From: Octopus sinensis
Lineage: Eukaryota
Reading direction: 5' to 3'
DNA length: 64,000 bases
NCBI RefSeq assembly: GCF_006345805.1
Contig: NC_043000.1
Location: forward strand, 95,046,001-95,110,000
Under the pieces are notes generated by a model. The model had not been told where the DNA came from and did no database searches. It saw nothing but the letters and a program-made list of their open reading frames with translations. This document shows, piece after piece, positions 51,813 through 64,000 of the stretch. The position numbers and the translations under genes were made by a program. Within the stretch, counting starts at the first letter, position 1. Each line of letters starts with the position of its first letter.

Positions 51813-52194
51813 CTATTTTTGCTTAGAGGCCTTTTACATGACACAATGTTGTACGTGTGTGTACGCAAATTACGATAACAAAAATAGATATTTTTCTAAA
51901 AGCAGGCTTTTTTTTCTTTCAGACTGCATAGATAGCCTTACAAGTTGATGAGAATTCTCTCTGTGGGAATGTCTTTAAAATGAATTATTCTTCTATGCAG
52001 TTTCACTCAGTAAATTCAAATAATCTTTACGAGTGATAACAAAACACGTTTAAACAGTTCGACCGCAATAACCATTACAAATAAAAAATTCACACACAAC
52101 AATATAATTAACAACAGCAACAACGACAATAATAATCATAATAATGATATCATCATCATCTCCATCATCATCATCCTCATCATCATCTTCATTA

Positions 52195-53760
52195 TTCTTA
52201 TTATTGATTGAGAGATCAGCGCATGTCATCAAAGTGATGATGGTGTACAAATATACGAAGCTCAATATACACATCATGACTACCAATCTGATAAGAGCAG
52301 AATAGGCACATGTATCACAACCATATGAGCGTGACATGGTAATCTCATATCAAAATAAACATGACCTTGCGTGGGGTCGGCTCAGTTAGAATTTTTCTTC
52401 GGGTCCAGTAGCCCATCCCATTCAAAAGGTCTTTTAATAAGGATGATGAACGAACCTCCCACGTTTCCACAGGTGAATTATTCGAACCCCAAAGAGTTCC
52501 TCTCAACACATGGCTATGATGCTCCACCACTACTTCTGCTTGTGGTCAGAGATGCATATATCGTCAGCTACTTGGGGACATGCTCTACTGGTTATGTTCA
52601 AGCAACTGACAAGCAATAAGACTGCAAATGGAGGCAACATGATCGATGGTTTCATTTTCGGGTTATTTTGATTTGATAGTCTTATCAAACTTATGTTTTT
52701 TTAAACATTCTGTCAGACCTAAGTAGCTGAATTTGGTATTGAATACGTTCTTGCCAAGTAGGCTGTTTGTGGGAATGTTGTCATTTTCTAATCTTTTCAC
52801 AACATAGAATCATTGAGATTTTCGCGGATGCATAGTACATGTGGTTGAGATCTGAGTATAAGTGGTTGAGATCTGAGTATAAGTGGTTGAGATCTGAGTA
52901 CAGGTGGTTGAGATCAACATCATTAGCTGAAATTATATCCTTAAGTGCAAGGTGGATTTTACCAATTATTTTCAGGTTTTGTTTAGAATTGCGAATTTTT
53001 GGGAGAGTGTCGCGTTCATTCATATTGGTTTTTGTTTTTAGTTTTCTGCCATTTAATCATAATATTATTTTTTAGATCATGTGGTTCTGTTGCGTCAATT
53101 TCAGAGAGTATTTCATTCTGCCTATCAGTTACATTAACTCTTTCGATTATTATTGCATTTTCATCAGCCCTAGGCTGGTCTATAATTATTTCCTCTGTAG
53201 TATCTTCTTTAGCTGCAGCTTCGTTCCTTTTATCCCTTACAGATTGTTTAATTTGGTCAATTCAGTTAGCAATTTCTTTTTCATAATGTTTCTTCTGGCG
53301 TTAGCAAGTTTGTTACTGTCTATGCAGGGTCTTACTTCAAGGCATTTCTGTTTCCAGTTTAAGTAGGTTTGTGCAGTATTAGATATATTTGTGGGAAAAT
53401 ATATGACATAATAGAAGGCCGTATGAATCTCTTTATTATCTTCCCTAGAACATCTTTCATTCTTTTTCCTTTGGCTATTTGATGACGAGCATGGGTGACC
53501 ATCTGTTGGAATATCCCGGTTGTGGGGTACTTCCAGCTCCTGTGTTTCGGGAAGATTTGAACAAGTAGCTGGTATTTCGTATAGAATCTGGTTCATCATT
53601 CGAGTACATGGTCCTTGGTTTACCGGGTGACGACCAATTCGGTTTGTATTTTGCTGTGTTATCATTGAGGCATGACGATCTTGGACGTTGACTTTAGGGG
53701 ATGGATCTGTCTATTTAGGGTTAATTTTTTTGAGACAACGCCGCCTCCGAGTTTTCTGCA
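52195..53760 (-). mobile_element. internally deleted R4/Dong-like element (N-terminal ORF, knuckle remnant, 3' UTR)
   Basis: SREDNKEI..AFYY..TY.NW..IDSNKLANARRNIMK..LT; ETIDHVASICSL at about 52620-52655; UTR homologous to 3256-3692. Confidence 0.7.
52841..52915. repeat. 21-bp tandem repeat (about 3.5 copies)
   Basis: GTGGTTGAGATCTGAGTATAA units; SDLNHLY in frame on the minus strand. Confidence 0.95.
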
Positions 53761-54246
53761 TGTAAACATTGCTCGTAACGTAACTTCTTCAGATTAACAG
53801 ATCTGTATTTGTCTGTCTTTTTCTTTTTGATTGATTTATCTCCGGGCATAGGTTTTGATGTGATTTTAAACTTATGAATTGTTCGAAAAATAAAAAAAAT
53901 AGTTTTGTTTTGTATTTGTTTTTGCTTCGCTTATGACATGTGGTTTCATATGCGTGTATGTGTGTCCTGTAAATTTCAAGTAGTTGTGTAAGCACTGGGA
54001 TGTATGTGTAGTCCTATGAGTATTAAAATATATATATGATTGTGTAGACATTCGAGTGTGTGCGTAATTATTCAATTTATGTACTTATTGTTTTGTTCCA
54101 TTTATATTTTATAATTTGTAAGCTTTCCCGTGTTGATTTCGCATGTGCGTTTCGCAGATATTTCACTGAGACATCGTGCATAGAAGACACTGTGCATTGT
54201 ATGGCAATAAAATTTTGTTTCTGCGATTATTTTCGTTAACAGAAGC

Positions 54247-54309
<63 letters not shown>

Positions 54310-54440
54310 TATTATTATTATTATTATTATTATTATCATCATCATCATCATCATTATTATTATCCTTATTATTATTATTATTATTATGATTATTATTATT
54401 ATAATTATCATTATTATTATCATCATCATCATTATTATCA

Positions 54441-54475
<35 letters not shown>

Positions 54476-54500
54476 GTTGTTGTTGTTGTTATTATTATTA
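54247..54500. repeat. (TAT)n/(CAT)n microsatellite, target or tail of the adjacent LINE
   Basis: long interrupted trinucleotide run. Confidence 0.9.
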
Positions 54501-55035
54501 ATATATGTTTGACTTTAGCTTTGTATTTGTTCAAGTTCATTCCAAGTCTCACCCAGGGACCTCAAGAGACAACAAGTTAGAAGATGAAGTTGATGTTATG
54601 ACTAGGGTGCCATATATTTGGTTTTGCACAAAGTATTACTCTAGAGAAAGTTTAAGAAATCATTAAAAAATTATGTTTGTTTTAAAATTTGAGATTATAT
54701 AGATAATATTTTACGTAGGATATAGCCATTCTCATGAGCACTATTTTTTAAATTTCTCCCATTTTTGTATTTCCTGTATCTGAGCTAGGTAGCAATCAGC
54801 CCATTTTGCTATAATTCCTAATGCACCTATGACAACAGGTATTGTTTTAGTCTTGAGGTTCCATATTTTGCCAATTTCTATTTCAAGATCTTTATACTTA
54901 CTCAGTTTTTGGTAGGTCTTGACTGATACATTTATGTCGATTGGGACAGTCATATCAATGAGGAGGCATGATTTTTGACTGACGTCTTTCTATATAATGT
55001 CTGGGCTATTTACATCTATCTTTCTGTCACTTTGA
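54500..55035 (-). mobile_element. R4/Dong-like LINE 3' end (REL endonuclease and UTR)
   Basis: PDII..LLIDMTVPIDINVSVKTYQKLSKYKDLEIEIGKIWNLKTKTIPVVIGALG; ends in (AAT)n. Confidence 0.9.
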
Positions 55036-55329
55036 AGTGTCAAGTTCCAAAGCACTGGAGATGGTTTGTGTTTCCACTAGGTTTTAGTGGTGCCATGAAG
55101 TAAACATGCTTCAGATACACTCGTTTATTCATACAAACGTAACTGAGATGATATATGTCATAAATAACAGTGACAAACGAAATATACACCGCCGGAAGTT
55201 GTTGTTGACAAACAATAGCAGTAATTTTATTCAACTGAATACACGTCATTTATTGGTTGAAATTGCCCACACATTTTCAACGTTGAACATTACCATCCCA
55301 TTTCCATTGTACACACACACCGCACAAAT

Positions 55330-55848
55330 TGGTTATTGGGGAACAGTTGAAACCATGGGACTGTGATGGAAGCGATTTTTGAAGCAAATGACAACCTTAT
55401 TTTGTTAATGAGTGATGAAACTCATTTTCATCTCAATGGCATGATGAATCAACAGAACTGTTGTTATTGGGCACTAGAAAATCCGAGAGAACTCATGAAA
55501 GACCACTGCACAGCCCAAAAGTGACTGTCTGGTGTGCTGTTGAAAAAGTTGTCGTCATTGTTCCTTACTTTTTTTAATACAATAATGGAAATGCAGTTAC
55601 TGTGAACTCCGAGCGTTACATCGAGATGATAAACAACTTGTTTGTGCTTGAATTACGACGAAAACGTATGTTTATTCGACGTGTGTGGTTTCAGCAGGAT
55701 GGGGCGACAGCCCACACAGACAGAGCATCAATGGATGTTCTCCGCCCTCTCTTTAGTGGCCGCCTTATTTCCAGGTTTGTTGACATTTCTTGGACCTCTC
55801 GGTTCTCGATTTTTCCATGTGTGATTATTTCTTGTGGGAAAACCTCAA
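55330..55848 (+). mobile_element. Tc1/mariner (rosa/DD41D-like) transposase remnant
   Basis: MSDETHFHLNG..QQNC.YW; PLHSPKVTVWCAV; TVNSERY..MI; WFQQDGATAHT. Confidence 0.8.
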
Positions 55849-55849
55849 G

Positions 55850-56145
55850 TACGTTCTGAGTTCGAATTCCGCCGAGGTCGACTTTGCCTTTCATCCTTTC
55901 GGGGTCGATTAAATAAGTACCAGTTACGCATTGGAGTCGATATAATCGACTTAATCCGTTTGTCTGTCCTTGTTTGTCCCTTCTGTGTTTAGCTTCTTGT
56001 GGGTAGTTAAGAAATAGGTATTTCGTCTGTCGCTAGGTTCTGAGTTCAAATTCCGCCAAGGTCGACTTTACTTTTCATCATTTCGGCTTCGATAAATTAA
56101 GTACCAGTTGAGTACTGGGGTCGATCTAATCGACTGTCCCCCTCT
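55850..56145 (+). mobile_element. SINE family B dimer, 5'-truncated
   Basis: two TTCTGAGTTC.AATTCCGCC.AGGTCGACTTT modules. Confidence 0.9.
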
Positions 56146-56629
56146 CCTCACTATCATATGCACTACTTCATTCTACGAAATGTCCATTGTAGCACACACT
56201 GGCCAGGACCTTTTGTGGGAGCATAAAAGTACCCTAAATACCCACCACTACTAACCTCTTTTAATTTATGTTCTTTAATTGTTTCTTTCTTTTTCAATCA
56301 TAGTATTGCACTCAACACCAGCATTATTTATACCTAAGTTTATTTCACTTATCCTACTTTATTTTATCAATTGGATTTGAACCGAAATTTGAAATAATTA
56401 TTATCTTACCGTGATAAAAAGTAAAAAGGCAAAGAGAGAAAGAAGAGATTCGTGAATCATTATATTTCAGCACCACTGTATGTGTGATCAACTGCTAAGC
56501 TCAGCCAATGAAAGAAGTTGAAACCACAGTATTGCTTGTTAAAGAAACGTTCATCTATTCTGCTCGCTGCTAATAACCATAACGTGCTTCACAAAATGCT
56601 TTGTACTATTTTATTCCCACTTTTGACAG

Positions 56630-58132
56630 AACAACATTACTGGGGAAATTCAAATCTTGGATATTGCAATTTAGACTGTATCCAAGGATAATGTGACTAT
56701 TCCAAATGTACGAAATAGCCTTGAGTGTAGTAGAAACGATGGAATTATCATGCAGTGTGTTTATCAGAAAATGGCTCGGTCGTCCAAAACCACTGAATAC
56801 AACTACACTATATGGAAAACCCGTGCTGCAAGTACCTATAATATAAAGCAGAAAAAGCAAGGATAGTAATGATGCTAAGGTATACGAAAGATCAGAACAT
56901 TCGAAAAAGCCCTCCAAAGGTATGAACAGGGGGAAATGGAAAGAGGCTGTAAACAGAGCGATCGGAAAGCTAAAGCACACCGATATAGTCGGAGCGACGC
57001 AAGAAGCAAGAGCTGGCCTAGGGTTGCACAGTATCAAGCCATTTTGCATTTTTGCATGAGATGTGTAAAAGAGATGAAAGAGGCAGTGGTACACGAAGTG
57101 AGAAAAGAGGAAAAAGAAAGGCGAAATGTACATTTGGTGCAATGGAGTCAACAGGGACAGTGTCTGAGATGGGAGGAATATGTAGTCAGTCGCAGAATCT
57201 CAGGGAAGGGAAGGGACTTTGGGGCTTGGGAACAAGCAAGAACATACTTCCTGATCAAGTCTATCTTCGACGTTTTACCTTCACTGGCGAATTTAGCCTG
57301 GTGGAACATACAAACAACTGAGAATGTAGATGCGAAGAGAAAGCGACGGCAAGACATGTTCTGTCAAACTGCAGGCTAGCATTAAACAGATATACATGGC
57401 GTCACAATCAAGTCCGCGGTGTTATAAGCACAACACTCAAGGAGAAGATCGAAGGATATAATAGGGGAGAATATCCAAAAGTAGAAAAGCGCAGAAAAAT
57501 ATACTTCCAGAAGGAGGGAAAAGAACATAAGGCCAGGCTTTCAAATAAAATATACGAAACAGATGAAAGATGGAAGCCGAAAAAGCCAGCTTCTATAAAT
57601 GGCTGAAGCAAGAACACCCAAAATGACTTGAAAGCCATAACATGCCGACTGGGAAATTGCGTCGCTTGGTGAAGCGGTCTCGTTCATAATGCCCGCTTTC
57701 CTGGTTCGAAGGCTTATACTACCAAACAGCTGGTCGACTGTGGCTGCTGGAAATGAAACTAATACAACACTGTTGAAAGGCAGGTTTAGAGAGGGCGCGG
57801 GCTAAAACTACGCGCCCTTCCCCTCCATTGTTCAGTTGAAGCTTAGACAATGTCATGTGTGAGTTAGCTGGTGCTGGCTGCTGGAGCCTACCAGCAAGTA
57901 TTTGAAGGGAAATTTGGCAGGATGGTCAGTCACCCACTGACATTCGTTGACCCTGCATCAAAGAAACCAAAGAACAGAAGAAAAAAAGGAGAAAAGAAAC
58001 GCTCTCAACTGTAAAACGGTAGAGGAGCAAGGGCCGAAATTGGACGTGGTTCCTTCTGAAAATATCTTTAACCACTGGATCCTATAAAGGAGCTGTTGAG
58101 GTAGCGAACCACGAAACGTGGTTGGAATTCCT
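56630..58132 (+). mobile_element. Hero/NeSL-like non-LTR retrotransposon remnant
   Basis: WILQFRLYPRIM; SQQGQCLRWE..V.RRIS; FLIKSIFDVLPS.ANL..W; HVLSNCRLALNRYTWRHNQV. Confidence 0.75.
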
Positions 58133-58554
58133 CCATAACGTGCTTTACAAAATGCTTAATGCTATTTCATTTCTACTTTTCAACAGTATATCATATACAG
58201 GTATATCATATTCCTAACTACCTATTCATGGACTGAAATACAGGTAATATATCTCACTCATACTCTTTACCTTTCCCAGAAGCCGACCTATCTCCAGCTA
58301 CTCCCTCTCGTTAGTGATGCCAGAAAAATCACTATTCTAAAGTTTGTCAATTCTCTTCTTACCCTGCACGTGTAAGCGAAAGCAGGGTGTTGTAGTCGCT
58401 CATCTTCGCTTGTTCGTGCGTTTGCAAAATTACTAGAAAACGGCAGAACGGATTTTCACAAAATTTGTCAGAAGTTCTCATTGGGTGAGTAATTTGAACT
58501 CATTAAATTTTGGTTTGGTGAATCAAAATGTGCTTTTTTTTTTTTTCTTACATA

Positions 58555-59075
58555 CCGTAAATCCTCGAGTATAATCCGCATTTTTTCCCAAAATTTAAAG
58601 GTCAAAATCCCTAGTGCGTACTATATATGAGGTTAAAAAGGAAAAATATTTTCTAAGCAATGTCTGAGTCTTTATTTGCTGTCCGGCAATGTTTATTCAG
58701 ACGCATTTTGTGATGTAGGGCGCGAAAATACCTTAAGCTAAGCCTCAAAGCAATGAAGCCATAAAAGAATCATCCATAACTTGCAGTAAGAAACATTTAT
58801 TAAGATAAAAGTATTCAGAACACAGAATAACATATTAGAAAAAGAATTTGCAAACATATTTACATTCCCATATAACAGTTAAGAACATCACCATTATTGT
58901 ATTACGCATGCGCGGAAGTGTTTGTTCGACTAGGTGCTGCTAGCTTAATTATGCACAACTTAAGTTAGAGAAGAGGTGCATATTATACACAAGGTTTAGG
59001 TTTTTTAGAGGTACAACCCCCTAAAAATCCCCTGCGTATTATACTCATGGGTGGACTATACTCGAGGATTTACGG
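58555..59075. mobile_element. 521-bp MITE, pogo/Tc2-like
   Basis: terminal repeats CCGTAAATCCTCGAGTATA(A/G)TCC, with TA target duplication at 58553-58554 and 59076-59077. Confidence 0.9.
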
Positions 59076-60061
59076 TATGCATAAACGATAAGAAGGGGAA
59101 ATAACTCTTGATGTAATCTTGAAATATGAATTCGTTTGAGATTATTAAATTAAATTTTATTTTATCCTTATGTGCGCGCAGTGTATCAATCACCCCTCCG
59201 ATGCCTCTTTTTTAATTTTGCTATCATTTGTTAATGTGACAATGTCAGCTGTGTTTTCTTCTGCAATTAAATCCATTTTCTCTATAATTCTCTTGTAATC
59301 TGCGCTACTACTTTCAAATTATGCTCCAAACACTTTCTTGAGGAAGTATTCTCTGCTATAACGCTTCTGATTAGCCCATAATTGACTTAATTCGTACTAT
59401 CCGATTTATTTTGTCTAAGATGTTGAACAATACTACAACGAAATACTAAGAGAAGTTATTTAACTACCAAATCCACTTACCTTCATGGCTTCTTTTATAA
59501 TCATCACTAAATACCCACTGCTACTACCCTCACTTAATTTCTGTTTTTATTTCTTTTTCATTTTTCTTTCTTTTTCTATCATACCATTGCACTCAACACC
59601 GGTATTATTTGTGCCTAAATTCCTTTTACTTATCCTACTGTTTTTCTTTTCTAAGGCAGCAAGCTTTCAGAATCGTTATCATGCCGCATAAATTTTTTAC
59701 TAGCATTTGTCCATCTTTATGTTCTGTGTTCAAATTCCGCGCCGAGGTTGACTTCACCTTTCATCTTTTCGGGGTCAATGCAATCAACTTACACCCTCCC
59801 CGAAATTGCTGGCCTATTTGAACCCACTATATCTTACATTTCTACCACTTTTCTTGTTTCCTTCTTTGTTTCCTTCTTTATTTCCTCTCCCCTTCTCTCT
59901 CCCCTTTTCATTATTCTGTCTAACGACAGAAGAGTCCATGGCATATATAAATATATGTGTGTGTGTACATGCATACATACATTAATACATACATACATAC
60001 ATACATAATTACACACAAGCGCACGTCACTCTTTCTCTCTTTCTTTCTCTTCCTCTCTCTC

Positions 60062-60109
<48 letters not shown>

Positions 60110-61051
60110 AATATATATGCATTTACTTGGGACATATGAATAACAATGACCATTGAGTATGTAGAGTGAAAAATAGCTACATTTCTTTAAATACTAAATT
60201 TTTTTTAATTATTTCGCCAGTTACATGTTAGAGATTCACACCTGATTAGATCTTGTTCAACTCTTGTTAGCAAAGCACACATTACATATTATACCAACTT
60301 GCCAAATTAGAGCTGAAAGAACCACAAAGTATTTGGTACAATACTGTAGGCATATTCATTCATGCACAAGTAATTTTCTGCTGCTTTAATAATTTCGTCA
60401 GGTTTTCATAAAAACTTATCTGGATATAAAACTATTAAGGTAAAATTATAAATAATTCTAGACATGTTATTTTCTTAAATATTATCACAGTATTTTATCT
60501 AGTAACGCAATTGGAAACTTAAGAGACAAGAGTGAAGCATACGATCTCCTCAGGTGTTATATTAACTAAGAAGCCGAGGAATATGGATTCGATAGTTATA
60601 AAGACGGAAACGTAGGTTTCTTTTTAGTTTTCTTTGAAGTTTCTTTCTTTTTGTCTTTTTTTAATACTAATTTAGTCTGAAAACATTAATTTCTGTATTT
60701 TTCCCTGCAGTTTACCACTCACTGCGGTAACGAATGTATCTGGTCTTTTCCTTTTCATCTGGTTTTGTATTGTTTTGTTTTTCCTTTTTTTCATGTTTAT
60801 TTTACTTGTTTGTTTTCTTGATATTTTTTCTTGTTTTGTTTTGTTTTTGTTTTTTTGTTGTTTTCAATATCTTCTATTTTCGTAAACATCGTGAACGAAA
60901 ACATATGTAGTTGACAGTTATACAAATTTTTCTTTTTAGTGTTTATATGTGTATATATTGAAAAGAATATGTTTATTATCATAACGGTCAGCTCGTTAAA
61001 ACCTTATATATACATATATATAATGAGAAATATATGCATATGTATGTGTGT

Positions 61052-61126
<75 letters not shown>

Positions 61127-61879
61127 CCATGTAGGTTAGGTGAGATCGGATAACGTGAGATTTGTATGTAACTATATAGTTAGTAACTATTAGTAACCAT
61201 ACAGACCAATTCAACTTGAGCTTGGTTGAATGTTCACTGATTAAACTGACAATACTAACAAGCAATGGTGAGTTTTGGACCCTTTGCAGAATAAAAAAAA
61301 AAGAAACCTGTCAAAGTTTGTATAAACAGTAGAGTTTTAACAGTACGTATATATGCATATGTATACGTATGTGTATTCGTATGTATGTGTGAATGCACAT
61401 TATAGAAGGATGTTTTCATTTAAACATCATGTAAACATCATATGTTTACAGTCTCAAGTCATCTTATTATTTTCTTTACCCCGGTTTAACAGCTTCGAAC
61501 ACTAAGTAGGTGTCAATCGTATCACATGAGATTCTGTCAGTATAAAATTCAATGTGCTTGTAATTTTTGTGTCTTTTTCTTTTTTTGTTTCTCAAGCACG
61601 ACTCAACACTCTTACAACCACAAACAAGCACTAAATCTGTTGTTGCAGCCATCGCAGTATAACGGGCACCGCTTCCATAAATCGTTTTTCGTTCGTAATG
61701 GTACGAAAGGTATACAATAGGCAGATGTACTCGCGATTCTCTGGTTGCTGATATCAAAAACCATAACTATTGCTATAACACTATATGATGTCCATTAAAA
61801 ATGTTTATGCTTGTTGCGCAAAAGATTTAATAAATGAATCTGCTTAAAGGGCTCTTTCTTACATTGCTCAAGACCACTG

Positions 61880-62060
61880 AGCTGGTAAAAATTAATAATA
61901 CCTGTAATTCAAAAGGGCTAGCCTTGTTACTTCCTGTGTCAAGCTGAATCTCCCTGAGAACTACGTTAAGCGTATGCGTGTCTGTGGAGTGTTCAGCCAC
62001 TTGCACGTTAATTTCACGAGCAGGCTGTTCCGTTGATCGGATCAACGGGAACACTCGTGT
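61880..62060. repeat. interspersed repeat with a diverged inverted partner at about 62445-62620
   Basis: GAGAACTACGTTAAG..CAGCCACTT..GAGCAGG..GTTGATCG vs CGATCAAC..CCTGCTC..AAGTGGCTGA..CGTAGTTCTC. Confidence 0.65.
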
Positions 62061-62148
62061 CAGTTTTAGTCTATTCCGATCAGCTCGTTATGATTGACCG
62101 TTGAACACTGCACATTTTTTCTCTCTCCGTTCCCCCATCCACTTGATC

Positions 62149-62184
62149 CTTTCTGTCGAAGAGCGTAGGCTCGAAACGTAAAAG
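62149..62184 (+). ncRNA. minimal hammerhead-like motif (A6-variant core) in a Penelope-like fragment (62090-62275)
   Basis: CTTT-CTGTCGA-A-GAGC gtag GCTC-GAAA-C-GTA-AAAG. Confidence 0.7.
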
Positions 62185-62390
62185 ACTGTTCCATTCTTCC
62201 AGAGCGTTAAACTAATGCGCCTGTTTTCTGTTCCTACACCTGTCTTCGTCTTTTGTTTTCTGTAAATTTGTACTATATATACATATATATTGTATGTATG
62301 TATGCATGTATGTATGTATGTATGTATGTATGTATGTATGTATGTATGTATGTATGTATTATGTATGTTGACATACACACACACACACAC

Positions 62391-62421
<31 letters not shown>

Positions 62422-62749
62422 GAGAGAAAGAGAAAGATGAAATGGTGATCGTCGTTCGACAATGAGGATTGAGCTGTTCGATCAACTGAGTTACCTGCTC
62501 ATGAATTCATTTAAAAGTGGCTGAGGATTCCACAAACATGTGGCGCCTCAGCGTAGTTCTCAACCAGAGTCAGCAGACCATATTGTGTTGCCAGAATGAA
62601 TCTTTTCATCACAGGCACAATCCATGCAGTAGGCATCTAAACAGTTTCTATCCACAAGATGGAGCGGAGGTTATAAAAAATTTCATTAATTGACCGAGAT
62701 GCCACAAAGCAAGTCATGCAGTAAAAATTTTAAGCAATTGCCCTCGGAT

Positions 62750-62899
62750 GCGAGGTAAGCCGCTTGCTTCCCAACCAAAATATTTCGAGTTCAGCCCCAC
62801 TGCGTGGCACGTTATGCAAGTGTCTTCTACTATAGTCTCACGCCAACCAATCCTTGAGAGTGGATTTGGTAGACGAAAACTGAAAGAAGTCCGTCGTGC

Positions 62900-62900
<1 letters not shown>
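62750..62900 (+). mobile_element. SINE family A, 5' half
   Basis: GAGTTCAGCCCCACTGCGTGGCAC..GGATTTGGTAGACGAAAACTGAAAGAAG. Confidence 0.8.
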
Positions 62901-62933
<33 letters not shown>

Positions 62934-63055
62934 TAATAAAAGGAATTCCAACCTTGTCTGATTTTCACGTTTTATTTACAATCTTATAATGATATAATAT
63001 AATATAATATAATATAATAAAATAAAATAATAGAATGTTAAATGTTTATTCTGAT

Positions 63056-63100
63056 TGAACTAGTACTTTCATGCATTAAATTCTGCAATCTTCAGGTTCA
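63056..63100 (-). ncRNA. minimal type-I hammerhead motif
   Basis: TGAAC-CTGAAGA-T-TGCA gaatttaa TGCA-T-GAAA-GTAC-TA-GTTCA; palindromic helix III AGTACT. Confidence 0.8.
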
Positions 63101-63322
63101 TGTAGTAGTGGTGACAGTCATGCTTCACAATTTTTGACTGTAGCGAGATGATTGAATCTGTGTAGGCTCTAGATTGCTAGGTTTTGCAAACTGTATTCTG
63201 ACCAACCAGTGTGTAGTATTACTCAATTACGTAAGCTGATTGGTTGGTTGAGCTGATTGGTTTAGGCGTCACGCTTTGTTGAACATGTCACGAGTCCTGT
63301 ATATTTACATATATATATATAT

Positions 63323-63646
63323 ATAGTCAAAATTAGCAACAAGGATATCCAAAGGTAGTGTAGTACAATCGTTTCATGCTACTTCATTTAATTAAACAAT
63401 GTAAGTATTACACCAGTTTTAAAATGTAGAGCACTCTTCAGCCACATATGGAATTTTTTAAATTAAATTGACAATGTTCATTTTTATACTTATTCCATTT
63501 GCCAACATTACAAAGAGGGTAAAATGATTGTACTACACTACCTTTGGATATCCTTGTTGCTTATTTTGATTATAATCACCCATCTGATTTATATGGATAA
63601 TACCATACCAATATGGTGCCTTTAACTTAAGTACCATATTCATCTG
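63323..63646. mobile_element. asymmetric inverted-repeat Penelope-like terminus with decayed hammerhead (minus strand, 63363-63447)
   Basis: 63323-63370 is the near reverse complement of 63526-63573, plus tail; CTGAAGA-GTGCT..AGCAT-GAAACG. Confidence 0.6.
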
Positions 63647-64000
63647 TAACAGATATTGTTATATTTCGGAATGGTCATTTTTCCAGTTTAGCCAATAAAA
63701 ACACACGCACTATATATTTGGTGTTATTTTGCTTCAGTGTTATTTATTTTTTACATTAATCTTAATCTTATTTCGGCCAGAGTTCTTTCGTCACACTCCT
63801 GTGACCGCATCAGTGGTCCTTTGTTTTCTTCTTTCTTATTTGTATATCTCCTTACTAACCGTCAGACATTTTGTATTTCTATTGTATGTCTTCATTTGTG
63901 CATGCTTATATCTCTATGTGCGTCGATGTTTAGTTAGTGTGTGGGGGGATGCCTGTAATATTTGTATCTTCTGTTTATATACGTTCGTGTAATTTGTTTT
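63647..64000 (-). mobile_element. diverged copy of the Neptune-type pLTR with hammerhead motif at 63775-63819
   Basis: homologous to about 39022-39380 with substitutions; motif retained with a CUC triplet. Confidence 0.85.

Noticed and set aside
52841-52915. CRISPR-like repeat
   Set aside because: Head-to-tail 21-mers without spacers, in eukaryotic retroelement context
58090-58125. CTGTTGAGGT..ACCACGAAACGTGGTT hammerhead-like string
   Set aside because: No stem I; better explained as the simple hairpin AACCACG/CGTGGTT
60690-60735. Polypyrimidine-CAG acceptor followed by GTAAC (possible 16-nt micro-exon)
   Set aside because: Weak donor and no partner exons; cannot be supported without RNA-seq

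Overview
AT-rich, microsatellite-saturated animal genomic DNA, most likely intergenic or intronic. The SINE repertoire and (TA)n/(CA)n/(TACA)n/(AAT)n load suggest an octopus-type coleoid cephalopod (inference). No host protein-coding gene can be supported; almost all listed ORFs are microsatellite translations. Real coding remnants are all transposon-derived: a Penelope-like (Neptune-type) GIY-YIG fragment, R4/Dong-like and Hero-like non-LTR fragments, and Chapaev3-like, Tc1/mariner and Helitron pieces. About 20.7 kb (18757-39464) is a tandem duplication that may be an assembly or haplotype artefact. The main signal is about 20 minimal type-I hammerhead-ribozyme motifs (about 15 outside the duplicate copy) from roughly 8-10 unrelated sequence families. 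They mostly sit in Penelope-like terminal fragments inserted in (TA)n, often as palindromes or asymmetric inverted repeats. They include core variants (G3-C8 swap, CUGAUGC, A6 substitutions) and one case apparently forming the tail of a tRNA-headed SINE. All folds were read by eye; no computation or database search was run.
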